NCBI GenBank assembly: GCA_035934995.1
Contig: DASYXI010000031.1
Coordinates: forward strand, 2,357-66,356
DNA: 64,000 nt
Origin: Stellaceae bacterium
Lineage (GTDB): Bacteria > Pseudomonadota > Alphaproteobacteria > ATCC43930 > CGMCC-115725
Direction of reading: 5' to 3'
Shown: positions 1-9,831 of the stretch, piece by piece
How positions within the stretch are numbered: the first letter of the stretch is position 1
How the letters are laid out: each line of letters starts with the position of its first letter
Position numbers and translations under genes: made by a program
Notes under the pieces: generated by a model
Databases searched by the model: none
Told to the model about the DNA's origin: nothing
The model's input: the letters and a program-made list of their open reading frames with translations, nothing else

Positions 1-146
1 GACAGGCAGACGGCGACGCGTCCGGGCGTGTCGAGGACGCGATTGAGCAGCCAGGCAGCGGCGCTGCGCGCCAGAATTTCCGCATTGGCCAGGACGACGC
101 GCCGGCCAGGCAGGGAGCGCGGCGCCCGCGCAGCCGCCGCGGTCAT
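1..146 (-). CDS. pgl: 6-phosphogluconolactonase, N-terminal fragment (gene runs off the left edge)
   Basis: Truncated by the window edge, so absent from the ORF track. The minus-strand ATG at 146..144 overlaps the zwf stop as ATGA (143..146). Hand translation MTAAAARAPRSLPGRRVVLANAEILARSAAAWLLNRVLDTPGRVAVCLS looks like a Pgl/DevB N-terminus, and zwf-pgl is the classic gene order. Confidence 0.55.
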   Translation of the reverse strand, partial: MTAAAARAPRSLPGRRVVLANAEILARSAAAWLLNRVLDTPGRVAVCL

Positions 147-1669
147 CGCGGACCGCCGGCGGCGATCGACCGCCACTGGCGATGGTCGCGCGCCAGCAAC
201 GCGTCGGCGGCGTGCGGGCCGTCGCTGCCGGCGGCGTAGAAATCGAGGCCGTTGGCGCGATCGCGATGCCAGCAATCGAGAAACGGCTGGACGACGCGCC
301 AAGCGGCCTCGACGTCGTCGGCGTGCTGAAACAGCGTTTGGTCGCCGATCATGCAATCGTAAATCAGCGTCTCGTAACCGTTCTCGGGCGCGACGGCGAA
401 ATAGTCCTTGTATTTGAACTCCATGCCGACGCCATGCAGCCGAATTTGCGGCCCCGGCATCTTGGCGTTGAACTGAATGAGAATGTCCTCGTCGGGCGCG
501 ATGCCGATGACGACGAAATTCTGCGCCAAGCTTTCGACCGGCGTGCCGCGGAATATCGCAAACGGCGCTTCCTTGAATTTGATCGCGATCTCGGTCCGCC
601 GCGCCTTGAGCGCCTTGCCGGTGCGCAGATAGAACGGCACGCCAGCCCAACGCCACGTATCGATCAGGAGCTTGAGCGCGACGTAAGTCTCGGTCGTGCT
701 GCCGCGGGCCACATCGGTGGTCTGGCGATAGGCCGTAACCGCCTTGCGGCCGATCTTCCCGGCGCGGTACTGCGCGCGCACGCCACAAGCAAACGCGGTG
801 GCGTGATCGTAGGCATGCATCGCCTGAAGCACTTTGGTTTTTTCGGCGCGCACCGCTGCGGCGGAAAAGCCCGCGGGCGGCTCCATGGCAATCAGCGACA
901 GCAGTTGAAACAGATGATTCGGCACCATGTCACGCAGCGCGCCGGTCGCGTCGTAAAATCGTCCACGCCGGCCGACATCGACGGTTTCGGCAACCGTGAT
1001 TTGAACATGGTCGATGCGGTCGCGGTTCCACAGCGATTCAAATAGATTGTTGGCGAAGCGCAGCGCCAGGATGTTCTGCACGGTCTCTTTGCCGAGGAAG
1101 TGATCGATCCGGTAAACCTGCTCTTCGGCGAAGACGGCAAGAATCCGCTTGTTAAGCGCGCGCGCCGATTCAAGGTCGGTGCCGAACGGCTTTTCGACCA
1201 CGAGCCGCGACCAGGCGCCGCGCGCCGGGTGCGCGAATCCTGCCTTACCAAGCTGCTCGGCCAAAAGCGCGAAGACGTTTGGCGGCGTTGCCATGTAGAA
1301 GAGGGTGTTGCCGTGCGTTGCGTGCCGCCGCTGGCGCAATGCCGCGTTCAGCCGCTTGAACGTCGCGGCATCGTCGAAATCCCCGGCAATATAAGACAGG
1401 CGTCGAAGCAGCCATGCGCGCGTCGCCGCGGCCGGCACGACGCCCGTAAACTTGCTCAGCCCGTCGCTGATATGGTTGCGGAACTGCGCGTCGTTCATCG
1501 GCGACCGTGCCACGCCGATGACCGTGAAGCCGTCGGGCAACAGCTTGGCGGCAGCAAGGTGATACAGCGCAGGCATCAGCAGCCGCTGCGTCATGTCGCC
1601 TGACGCGCCGAAGACCACGAGCGTACAGGGATCGGCCCGACGCGGCCGGTCGCGGGTTGCGGCTGCCAT
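143..1669 (-). CDS. zwf: glucose-6-phosphate 1-dehydrogenase
   Basis: 508-aa ORF. NADP-binding N-terminus VVFGASGDMTQRLLMPALYHL and G6PD signature RIDHFLGKE. Its ATG shares one base with the gnd stop (TGATG at 1667..1671). Confidence 0.95.
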   Translation of the reverse strand: MAAATRDRPRRADPCTLVVFGASGDMTQRLLMPALYHLAAAKLLPDGFTVIGVARSPMNDAQFRNHISDGLSKFTGVVPAAATRAWLLRRLSYIAGDFDDAATFKRLNAALRQRRHATHGNTLFYMATPPNVFALLAEQLGKAGFAHPARGAWSRLVVEKPFGTDLESARALNKRILAVFAEEQVYRIDHFLGKETVQNILALRFANNLFESLWNRDRIDHVQITVAETVDVGRRGRFYDATGALRDMVPNHLFQLLSLIAMEPPAGFSAAAVRAEKTKVLQAMHAYDHATAFACGVRAQYRAGKIGRKAVTAYRQTTDVARGSTTETYVALKLLIDTWRWAGVPFYLRTGKALKARRTEIAIKFKEAPFAIFRGTPVESLAQNFVVIGIAPDEDILIQFNAKMPGPQIRLHGVGMEFKYKDYFAVAPENGYETLIYDCMIGDQTLFQHADDVEAAWRVVQPFLDCWHRDRANGLDFYAAGSDGPHAADALLARDHRQWRSIAAGGPR

Positions 1670-2655
1670 CAGCCTTTATCCGGGTGTTCGATGTGACCGC
1701 CGAAGCCTTTGCGCATGGCCGACAGCAGCTTCTCCGCGAAGCTCGCCTTTTCGCGTGAGCGGAAGCGAGTGTAGAGCGCGGCCGACAAGACCTCGGCCGG
1801 GACCGCCGCCGCCAGGGCCGCCGCGATCGTCCAGCGACCTTCGCCCGAATCCTCGACGTAGCCGCTGTAGTTCTGCAACACGGGGTCCTCGGCCAGCGCC
1901 GTTGCCGTCAGATCGAGCAGCCACGACGAAATCACGCTGCCGCGGCGCCAAACCTCGGCGATGTCGGCGACGTTGAGATCGAACCGCTGATCCGCCGGCA
2001 GATCGGTGCGGTTGGCATTGCGCAGGATATCGAACCCTTCAGCATAGGCCTGCATCAAGCCGTACTCGATGCCGTTGTGGATCATCTTGACGAAACGACC
2101 GGCGCCGGGCGGGCCGGCGTGGAGATAGCCTTGTTCGGTCCGCGGGTCGCGCCCGTCGCGGTGCGGCGTCGGCGGAATGTCGCCGCGGCCCGGCGCCAGT
2201 GCCGCGAAGATCGGATCGAGCCGTTCGACCACGTCCTTGGTGCCGCCGATCATCAGGCAATAGCCGCGCTCCAGACCCCAGATGCCGCCGCTGGTGCCGG
2301 CGTCGACATAATGGATGTTCTTTTCCGCCAGTGTCTTGGCGCGGCGAACGTCGTCCTGCCAGAAGGAATTGCCGCCGTCGATGATCGTATCGCCGGCGGC
2401 GAGCAACGTGCCGAGTTCGGTCACGGTTTGCTCGGTGATTTCGCCGGCCGGCAGCATCACCCAGACGGCGCGCGGCGCTTGCAGCCGACGAACCAAATCG
2501 GGCAAGCCGCCCGATCCGGCGGCGCCTTTTTGCTTGGCAAGCGCAGCGATCGCACCGGGCGAACGATCGTAGATGACACATTCGTGTCCACGCGCCGTGA
2601 GGCGCCGCACGATGTTGCCGCCCATGCGGCCCAGACCGACGACTCCCAATTGCAT
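1669..2655 (-). CDS. gnd: 6-phosphogluconate dehydrogenase, decarboxylating, short (about 330 aa) form
   Basis: 328-aa ORF with Rossmann N-terminus [19 protein letters not shown]. Sits directly upstream of zwf. Confidence 0.85.
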   Translation of the reverse strand: MQLGVVGLGRMGGNIVRRLTARGHECVIYDRSPGAIAALAKQKGAAGSGGLPDLVRRLQAPRAVWVMLPAGEITEQTVTELGTLLAAGDTIIDGGNSFWQDDVRRAKTLAEKNIHYVDAGTSGGIWGLERGYCLMIGGTKDVVERLDPIFAALAPGRGDIPPTPHRDGRDPRTEQGYLHAGPPGAGRFVKMIHNGIEYGLMQAYAEGFDILRNANRTDLPADQRFDLNVADIAEVWRRGSVISSWLLDLTATALAEDPVLQNYSGYVEDSGEGRWTIAAALAAAVPAEVLSAALYTRFRSREKASFAEKLLSAMRKGFGGHIEHPDKG

Positions 2656-2924
2656 TGTTTTTCCGCTGGTTAAGTTTGGCCGCGGGTGCGGGTTTCGGTA
2701 GCCAACAGCTTATGGCAGGTCGCGCCGCTTCATCCAGGCTTGTGTTCTCGCGGTCGCCGATTGTGGCGAAACCGTGATGCACCGAAACGGGCGCCATCAG
2801 TGTGATTAACACGTGATATCAGGGCAACCCCGATTGCTGTTCGAGCGATTTCTTCGCACCTTGAACGCCATGCACGACACAAAGGCGCGCGTCGACCGAG
2901 GTGCTCAACAACAAGGAGCAAGAA

Positions 2925-3500
2925 ATGGCTGAACGGCTCACCGACGACATCGTTCCGTTTCTGCCGCATCTTCGCGCATTTGCCCGAATGCTTGCGCAGG
3001 ATCGGACGCTCGCCGACGACCTCGTGCAGGAGACCGTTCTGCGCGCTTTGAGTCATGCGCACCAATTTCAGCCTGGAACCAATCTCAAGGCGTGGCTGAC
3101 CACGATCCTGCGCAACGCCTATTTCACGGAAAAACGCAGCCAGGGGCGCATCGCCCCAATCGACGTCGAAGCCGTACGCGATTCGTCGGCGGTGAACGGC
3201 GGTCAGGAATGGCACCTGCGCATGCGCGATTTCGAAGGCGCCTTCAGCACACTGTCGCCGGTCCAGCGCGAGGCGCTCGTGCTCGTCGGCGCGAGCGGCT
3301 TTTCCTACGAGCAGGCGGCCGCGATGGCCCACTGTGCGGTCGGCACGATGAAGAGCCGCGTATCGCGGGCGCGTTTGCAGTTGCAAACCTTGCTCGACGG
3401 CCCCGACGGCGCGCGCGTCCCGAGTTTGAGCTGGAATCGTGCGCTGCATCTGCGCGATTGGGAGCATCTGACGGCAGACCACGAGTCGCGCGCATCATAA
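2925..3500 (+). CDS. ECF-type RNA polymerase sigma factor, EcfG/RpoE2-like (ECF15-like by recollection)
   Basis: The ORF track gives 2901..3500 (GTG start). I prefer ATG 2925 because AAGGAG lies 6 nt upstream. Region 2 blocks ADDLVQETVLRAL and NLKAWLTTILRN. Region 4 block REALVLVGASGFSYEQAAAMAHCAVGTMKSRVSRAR. Confidence 0.8.
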   Translation: MAERLTDDIVPFLPHLRAFARMLAQDRTLADDLVQETVLRALSHAHQFQPGTNLKAWLTTILRNAYFTEKRSQGRIAPIDVEAVRDSSAVNGGQEWHLRMRDFEGAFSTLSPVQREALVLVGASGFSYEQAAAMAHCAVGTMKSRVSRARLQLQTLLDGPDGARVPSLSWNRALHLRDWEHLTADHESRAS

Positions 3501-3595
3501 ATTCGGCGCGGCGGTTGCGTCGAATCGCCATCGTCCCGTAATAATAACGAACTTGGATTGGGTGGCGCTCGGTCGCCGTAACGAATCGTGGTCTG

Positions 3596-5227
3596 ATGGT
3601 CTCGACTGTTCATCGCGAGTGGTGGCGGGGCGCGGTGATATACCAAGTCTACCTGCCAAGCTTCTTCGACACCGACGGCGACGGCTTCGGCGATCTCAAG
3701 GGGCTGCTCGAACGTCTGCCGCACATTGCGTCGCTTGGCGTCGATGCGATCTGGATTTCGCCGTTCTATCGCTCGCCGATGCGGGATTTCGGCTACGACG
3801 TGGCCGATTACCGTTCGGTTGATCCCCGCTTCGGTACGCTTGCCGATTTCGATGCCGTCGTCGCGCGCGCCCACGCGCTCGGCTTGAAGATCATCATCGA
3901 CCAAGTCTGGAGTCACACAGCCGGGGAGCACGCTTGGTTCGCGGAGAGCCGCGCGTCGCGCACCAATCCGAAGGCCGATTGGTATGTTTGGGCCGATCCG
4001 GCGTCCGACGGCGTGCCGCCGAACAATTGGCTATCGGTCTTCGGCGGCAGTGCCTGGTGTTGGGACGCGTCGCGTCGGCAGTATTATCTGCATCATTTTC
4101 TGACGTCGCAGCCCAAGCTCAATCTTCGGAACCCGGCCGTTCTCGACGCGCATTTCGCCAATGCGGAATTTTGGCTTGCGCGCGGCGTCGACGGTTTCCG
4201 GTTCGATGCCGTCGATTTCATGCTGCACGACGAGGCGCTCGGTTCCAATCCGGTTCGGCCGTTGCAGCCGGGCGCCGACCGGCCATGGAATCCGTTCCGC
4301 ATGCAGCGGCACGTCCACGACATGACGCAGCCCGGCATCGCGTTGCTGATGAGCCGCATCCGCGAATTCGTGAACCGGTTTCCTGGCTGCACGACGATCG
4401 GCGAAATTTCGAGTGAGCCCGGCGCGTTCGATCGCATCGCCCGGCTGACCGGCGTGACGCGGCTGCACATGGCTTACACGCTGGGCGTGATGAAGGCGGC
4501 GTTTACGCCCGGAATTTTCCGCCAAGCGGTTGTCGATGCCGGGACGCTCAATCACGCTGGCTGGCTCTGTTGGGCGTTCAGCAATCACGACGTCGAGCGC
4601 GCGGTGTCGCGTTGGAATCCTGCCGGCCGGGCGCCGGCTGCCTTTGCGCGATTGCAGATGGCAATGCTGCTCAGCTTGCAGGGCAGCGTCTGTCTCTATC
4701 AAGGCGAGGAGCTCGGACTGCCGAACAGTCCGGTGTCCGCGGCGGATATCCGCGATCCGTTCGGCCGTGCGTTCTATCCCGCCTATGTCGGCCGCGACGG
4801 TGCGCGGACGCCGATGCCATGGGCGGCTGACGCGCCGAACGCCGGTTTCTCGAACGGCAACCGCACGTGGTTGCCGGTCGATCCGGTGCATGCGGCGATG
4901 GCGGTCGATCGGCAGGAGGCCGACGGGAATTCGACGCTGGCCACCTACCGGCGGATGATCGGCTATCGCCGCGCGCGTCCGTCACTCGCGCTTGGCGAGA
5001 CCGAGTTGTTCGATTTGCCAGACCCGGTTGTCGGGTGGCGTTGCCGGCTCGACGGCGAAGCCACCATCGCGTTGTTCAACCTTTCGCCCCAGCCGGTGTC
5101 GGTGCCGGCGAACTGCTTGCCGCCCTTCGCGCCGGCAGATCTGCCGTTCGTCACGGCGCCGTCGACGGATGGCATCGTATTGCCGCCTTTCGGTCTAACG
5201 CTCGGCACGCAGGACGGCCACCGGTAG
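3596..5227 (+). CDS. GH13 alpha-glucosidase / oligo-1,6-glucosidase / TreC-like hydrolase (specificity not assignable)
   Basis: 543-aa ORF with GH13 conserved regions: GVDAIWISPFYRSPMRDFGYDVADY, GVDGFRFDAVDFM (nucleophile Asp), TIGEISSE (acid/base Glu), FSNHDVER. Confidence 0.85.
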   Translation: MVSTVHREWWRGAVIYQVYLPSFFDTDGDGFGDLKGLLERLPHIASLGVDAIWISPFYRSPMRDFGYDVADYRSVDPRFGTLADFDAVVARAHALGLKIIIDQVWSHTAGEHAWFAESRASRTNPKADWYVWADPASDGVPPNNWLSVFGGSAWCWDASRRQYYLHHFLTSQPKLNLRNPAVLDAHFANAEFWLARGVDGFRFDAVDFMLHDEALGSNPVRPLQPGADRPWNPFRMQRHVHDMTQPGIALLMSRIREFVNRFPGCTTIGEISSEPGAFDRIARLTGVTRLHMAYTLGVMKAAFTPGIFRQAVVDAGTLNHAGWLCWAFSNHDVERAVSRWNPAGRAPAAFARLQMAMLLSLQGSVCLYQGEELGLPNSPVSAADIRDPFGRAFYPAYVGRDGARTPMPWAADAPNAGFSNGNRTWLPVDPVHAAMAVDRQEADGNSTLATYRRMIGYRRARPSLALGETELFDLPDPVVGWRCRLDGEATIALFNLSPQPVSVPANCLPPFAPADLPFVTAPSTDGIVLPPFGLTLGTQDGHR

Positions 5228-8023
5228 CTCGGCGAGCGCTCGGTCGAGCGCGATGCCGCGTTCGCAAGCGTCGATGCCGGCGCCGGTGAACACGTCGGTC
5301 AATCGCCCGCTTCGTACGCCGCGCACCATGCGATCGGTGAAACCGCTGCCGCTCCACAGCCCGCCGGGCGCCGGCGCCGGCAGACGTCGCACCAGACGGC
5401 TGACCAGCACGACGATTTCGCTGTCGTCGAAGCGGCGCGAATAAGCAACGAGATGGTTCTTGGTCGCATCGTCGACCGCCAGCGGGTGATAGGAACCGCT
5501 GCGAAACAATTCGGGAAAGCGCGCACGCAAGGCGAGCAGCTGACGCGTCAGCCAAAGCTTGAGCCACCCTTCACGCCACCGCCGCCGCGCGAGTGCGAAG
5601 CCGCCGTGGTCGAGCGCAACGAGCGCATCGCGTCGTTCGACAAAATCGATCGGGCGCCGATTGTCCGGATCGACCAGGCTCGTGTCCCAGAATTCGCCGC
5701 CTTGATAGAAATCCGGCACGCCGGGCTGCGTCGCCTTGAGCACGAGCTGCGACAAGCCGTTGATGGCGCCGATGCGTACGAAATCTCCGGCAAACCGCGC
5801 AGCGCCGTCGAGAAAGCGGTTTTCCGCATCGGGGGCGAGAATACGCGTCACGAAATTGCCCAGCGCGCGCTCGTACGCTTCGTTTGGCGCAGTCCAGCAC
5901 GTCTCGAGCTTCGCCTCGCGTGCCGCCTTGAGCGCATGGTCCGCGATCCGCCGCGTGAAATCGGCGAGTGCGGCGTCGCGCGGCCGTCCGGTTGCCGGCC
6001 ATGCGCCAAGAATGGTCTGATAAATCCGGTATTCGTCGGCGGGCGTCGGCGCCGCCGTGCCGTCGATCGTCGTGCGGCAGGCGGCGGTGCGCTCGTGCCA
6101 ACGCGCGATCCGGCGCGCCCATTCATCCGGATATTCCGACAACACATTGAGACGCGCACGCACGTCCTCGGCGTGCTTGGTGTCGTGGGTCTCGCTGGCG
6201 AGCATGGTGTTCGGCCATTCCGCCAGACGCTCGGCCGCCGCTTGGTGGAACGCCTCGATTGATAGGCTCGGCCGCCGCGGATCGGCACCGACCTCGTTGA
6301 CGGAGGCGAGCGGTGCGATGCGGTAGAACAGCGTATCCTCGATCGCCTTGGCGGTGATCGCGCCGGTGTATTGCTGAAAACGCGTGACGAAACGCAGGAT
6401 CGCGTCGCGGCTGTTGGAGAAATGCTCCGGTCGTTGGCGCGCGATGTCGAGCGTCAGCAGCGAGGCGATGAAATCAAGCGCGGCGGAATCGCCACCGGCG
6501 AAATGCGCGAGGGCCTGGCGCCGGACGCGTTCGATCGCGCGCCTGTCGGCATCGCCGATGCCGCGCTCGGTGACATAGGTGCGGTAGACCGGAAACGCCG
6601 CTACTAGCGCGGTCAAGGCGTCGCGGAGGCCTTTGCGCGTGAAGTCGCGCGTGAACCACGAAGCCTCGGCAATTTCCTGTAGCCAATCGACAAGGTAGGT
6701 CAGCTCGCTCGCCAGGCTGCGGTCGATCATCAATCGACGGCAGCCGTCGATCGCCGTGTCGAGGCTATCGTCGATGCCGGTAAAGTCGCGCCAATGTTGC
6801 GCCAATTGCGCGTAACCCTCTGGCGCGACGAAGAGGGTGTTGGCGAGCGCCAGGTAATCGTAGCCGGTGGTGCCGGACACCGGCCAAGCCGCCGGCAGAC
6901 GTTCGCCGTTGCCGAGGATCTTCTCGACGACGATGTAAGGCCGCCAGCGGTGACCGCCAGCATCGCGTGGCGCCAGTGCCGTGGCAAAGGCGTTGAGTCG
7001 CCGACAATAACGTTGCGGATCGGCCATGCCGTCGACGTGATCGATCCGCAAACCGTGAAGCGCGCCGTCGGCGACGAGGCGGCCGAGGAGCTCGTGCGCG
7101 TCGCGAAACACCGTGACGCGATCCATGCGTACGCCGGCGAGATCGATGATATCGAAGAAACGACGATAGTTGATCTCGTCAGCGGCGGCGCGCCAGTGGG
7201 CAAGGCGATAATGCTGGCGCTCGAGCAGCGCATGAATTACGGCGAAGCTGCCCACGTCACCCGGTATACCGGCATGGCGGTCGACGGCGGTCGCGATCGC
7301 CCTCAGGGTCGCGGGCTCGGCCGCCGCTTTGGTGAGCGCCTGTTTCATGGTCGTCGCCAATTCGTACAGCGCGTGCAGTGATCCGGCGGCCTCGTTTTCG
7401 CCAATAGCGGATATTGCCTGCGCCAGGGCAGATCGGTTGCCGACGAGAGGCGCCAGCACTGCCGGATAATCTTGCGGCCGAAGCGGTAGGCGATGGTCGA
7501 AATACCAGAAATCCAGCGTGCCGCCAGTTGCATCGAAACGCAGCGCGATTTCGCCCGCGGTCAATGCCTCGCCATAAGCACGGCCGAGGATTGGCAGCAA
7601 CACCTTGCCCTCGAGCGCACGCTTGGCGGGGTGCCAGTCGATGTCGAAATAGTGCGCGCGGCGCGCATGCTGACCCCATTCAAGGACATCGAGCCACCAG
7701 GCGTTGTCGGCTTTGCCGACGCCCATATGGTTCGGCACGAAATCGAGGATCAGGCCGAGCCCATGCGCGGCGAGCGCGGCGCCGAACCGTGAAAGACCTT
7801 GCTCGTCGCCGATCTCGGGATTGAGGCGGTGATAATCGACAATGTCGTAGCCGTGTGTGCTGCCGGCGCGCGCCTTCAAAAATGGCGAGGCATAGACGTG
7901 GCTGATCCCGAGCGACGCGAGATACGGCACAACCGCGGCGGCATCGTCGAAGGTGAAGGTGCGATTGAGCTGAATCCGATAGGTCGCAGTCGGAACGGCA
8001 AAGGGCGACATCGCCGCGCGCAT
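5195..8023 (-). CDS. treY: maltooligosyl trehalose synthase
   Basis: 942-aa ORF. N-terminus ATYRIQLNRTFTFDDAAAVVPYLASLGISHVYASPFLKARAGSTHGYDIVDY is typical of TreY. Clustered with treZ and glgX. Confidence 0.9.
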   Translation of the reverse strand: MRAAMSPFAVPTATYRIQLNRTFTFDDAAAVVPYLASLGISHVYASPFLKARAGSTHGYDIVDYHRLNPEIGDEQGLSRFGAALAAHGLGLILDFVPNHMGVGKADNAWWLDVLEWGQHARRAHYFDIDWHPAKRALEGKVLLPILGRAYGEALTAGEIALRFDATGGTLDFWYFDHRLPLRPQDYPAVLAPLVGNRSALAQAISAIGENEAAGSLHALYELATTMKQALTKAAAEPATLRAIATAVDRHAGIPGDVGSFAVIHALLERQHYRLAHWRAAADEINYRRFFDIIDLAGVRMDRVTVFRDAHELLGRLVADGALHGLRIDHVDGMADPQRYCRRLNAFATALAPRDAGGHRWRPYIVVEKILGNGERLPAAWPVSGTTGYDYLALANTLFVAPEGYAQLAQHWRDFTGIDDSLDTAIDGCRRLMIDRSLASELTYLVDWLQEIAEASWFTRDFTRKGLRDALTALVAAFPVYRTYVTERGIGDADRRAIERVRRQALAHFAGGDSAALDFIASLLTLDIARQRPEHFSNSRDAILRFVTRFQQYTGAITAKAIEDTLFYRIAPLASVNEVGADPRRPSLSIEAFHQAAAERLAEWPNTMLASETHDTKHAEDVRARLNVLSEYPDEWARRIARWHERTAACRTTIDGTAAPTPADEYRIYQTILGAWPATGRPRDAALADFTRRIADHALKAAREAKLETCWTAPNEAYERALGNFVTRILAPDAENRFLDGAARFAGDFVRIGAINGLSQLVLKATQPGVPDFYQGGEFWDTSLVDPDNRRPIDFVERRDALVALDHGGFALARRRWREGWLKLWLTRQLLALRARFPELFRSGSYHPLAVDDATKNHLVAYSRRFDDSEIVVLVSRLVRRLPAPAPGGLWSGSGFTDRMVRGVRSGRLTDVFTGAGIDACERGIALDRALAELPVAVLRAER

Positions 8024-9831
8024 CAGCGCGGCCGCTCGGCGCGCATCGCCGCCAGAATGGCGTTCGCCGCCGGAGCGGCGAAGATGGCGTCGAGATCGCG
8101 GCTCAGCTTGCGGGCGAAGCTGGGATAGGCGCCCGCCGGCGCGCCGGGCAGATTGACCTGTTCCGTCTCTTGCGCCAGGTCTTCGAGCTGCGCCAAGGCC
8201 AGCCGACTTGGCGTGCGCGCGAGAAAGCGGTGCGCTGCGACCGCCAGAGCGGTCTCGTCGCTGGTGTCGAGGCCGGCGCGCGTAAAGGCATCGCGGATCG
8301 ATTGGCGCTCGGCCGCCCGTATCGCCCGCGCTTGCTCGTGCGTGAGTCCGACCGGCTGAATGCCGAGTCCGAATTTGAGGGCGATGTCGCGGCCGCCCCA
8401 GAAACCGCGCCAGGTCGGCAAATCATGGGTCGCGAGCGCCACCAGCGCATTCGGCGGATAGTCGGCGGGATCGAGATAGCGCCCGCCCCGGCGCGCGAAG
8501 ATCAGCAGCCGGTACGACAGGATAGCGGCGGCGGCAAGACGCGGCGGCAGGTCGGCCGGCACCGTCCCGAGATCTTCGCCGACGACGATGCAGCGTCGTG
8601 CGGCGCTTTCGGTCGCGGCGGCCGCGGCGAGCGCATCGAAAGGCATGCGCAAATAGGCGCCGTCGATCGGCTGGCCGCCTGCCGGCACGAGGAACAGGCG
8701 ATTGAAGCCGAGCACGTGATCAATCCGTAGCGCGCCGGCATGAATCATGTTGGCGGCGAGGACGCGACGATAATCGGCGCAGCCGGTGCGCAGCGTCGCG
8801 TCCGGGTTATAGGCGAAAAGGCCCCAGTCCTGGCCGTTGGCGTTCCAATCGTCGGGCGGTGCGCCGATATGGAAATCGGGAATGAGCTGATCCTGCTCCA
8901 CCCAGCCTTCGGCGCTGTCGGGCGCGCAGCCGAGCGCGAGGTCGAGATACAGCCCGATACGCATGCCGCCGTCGCGTGCCGCGGTCGCACAGGCGGCAAG
9001 CTGCCGGTCGGCTTGCCATTGCAGGAATGCGTGATAGCGCAGATCGCGCGCATGACGTTCGGCAAACTCGGTAACGGCGGGCGCCGCCGGGTCACGAAAT
9101 TCCGCCGGCCAATTCATCCAATCGGGCCCGAAGCCGGCGAGCGACGATAATACCTGATAGAGCGCGAACCGCCGGAGCGGCGCGCCGCGGAGGCGCACGA
9201 AATCGCCGAAATCGCGCACCGCGGTGTCGCGTGGTGCCGTCCGCATGCGGTGTTCGAACGTCTCGAAGACCACGCGGAAGATGCTGTGCTTAACCGCGGC
9301 GATTTCGGGATAGTCGACCGTCGGCCGTTCGCGCTGCGCCGTCAGCAGCGCCTGGAAGCGGTGACCGCCGATGGCGGCGCGCGCCGCGCCGGCATCGGCA
9401 TAACCGGTCATCGCCAGCGGATCGAGATAGAGCACGTTGAGGAATTCACGGCTCGACGGCGAATAAGGGCTGATGCGCGCCGGATCGGCGGCGTAAAATG
9501 CGTGCAACGGATTGACGCCGACGAAATCCGCGCCGGCGGCGGCGGCGAGTTGGACCAGGTGCCGCAGATCGGTGAAATCGCCGATGCCCCAGTTGCGCGC
9601 CGAGCGCAGGCTGTAAAGCTGGGCCGCGATGCCCCAGCCGCGCTGCCAATCCGGCATGGAACAGCGGGTATGACGCGGTGGCGCCGTCGCCGAGCGCGCG
9701 CCGTGATGCGAGCGCTCGAGCGCCGCAATCAGCCGTGACACGCCTGCGTCCGACAAACGATGGTGACGGCCGAGCGCGTCGTCATAGTCGCGCTCGATCA
9801 GGTCCTTCACCGTCGCGCCGCTTTCGCTCAT
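8023..9831 (-). CDS. malQ: 4-alpha-glucanotransferase (amylomaltase, GH77)
   Basis: 602-aa ORF with blocks WGIAAQLYSLRSARNWGIGDFTDL, SPYSPSSREFLN and ALRIDHVLGF. Confidence 0.9.
   Translation of the reverse strand: MSESGATVKDLIERDYDDALGRHHRLSDAGVSRLIAALERSHHGARSATAPPRHTRCSMPDWQRGWGIAAQLYSLRSARNWGIGDFTDLRHLVQLAAAAGADFVGVNPLHAFYAADPARISPYSPSSREFLNVLYLDPLAMTGYADAGAARAAIGGHRFQALLTAQRERPTVDYPEIAAVKHSIFRVVFETFEHRMRTAPRDTAVRDFGDFVRLRGAPLRRFALYQVLSSLAGFGPDWMNWPAEFRDPAAPAVTEFAERHARDLRYHAFLQWQADRQLAACATAARDGGMRIGLYLDLALGCAPDSAEGWVEQDQLIPDFHIGAPPDDWNANGQDWGLFAYNPDATLRTGCADYRRVLAANMIHAGALRIDHVLGFNRLFLVPAGGQPIDGAYLRMPFDALAAAAATESAARRCIVVGEDLGTVPADLPPRLAAAAILSYRLLIFARRGGRYLDPADYPPNALVALATHDLPTWRGFWGGRDIALKFGLGIQPVGLTHEQARAIRAAERQSIRDAFTRAGLDTSDETALAVAAHRFLARTPSRLALAQLEDLAQETEQVNLPGAPAGAYPSFARKLSRDLDAIFAAPAANAILAAMRAERPR

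Noticed and set aside
28-417. 129-aa plus-strand ORF at the window start
   Set aside because: Poly-Arg/Ala product, antisense to pgl and zwf.
2656-2924. A NepR-type anti-sigma gene upstream of the ECF sigma gene
   Set aside because: Only 10-21 codon ATG ORFs are present (for example ATG 2712 and ATG 2869), with no NepR-like sequence.
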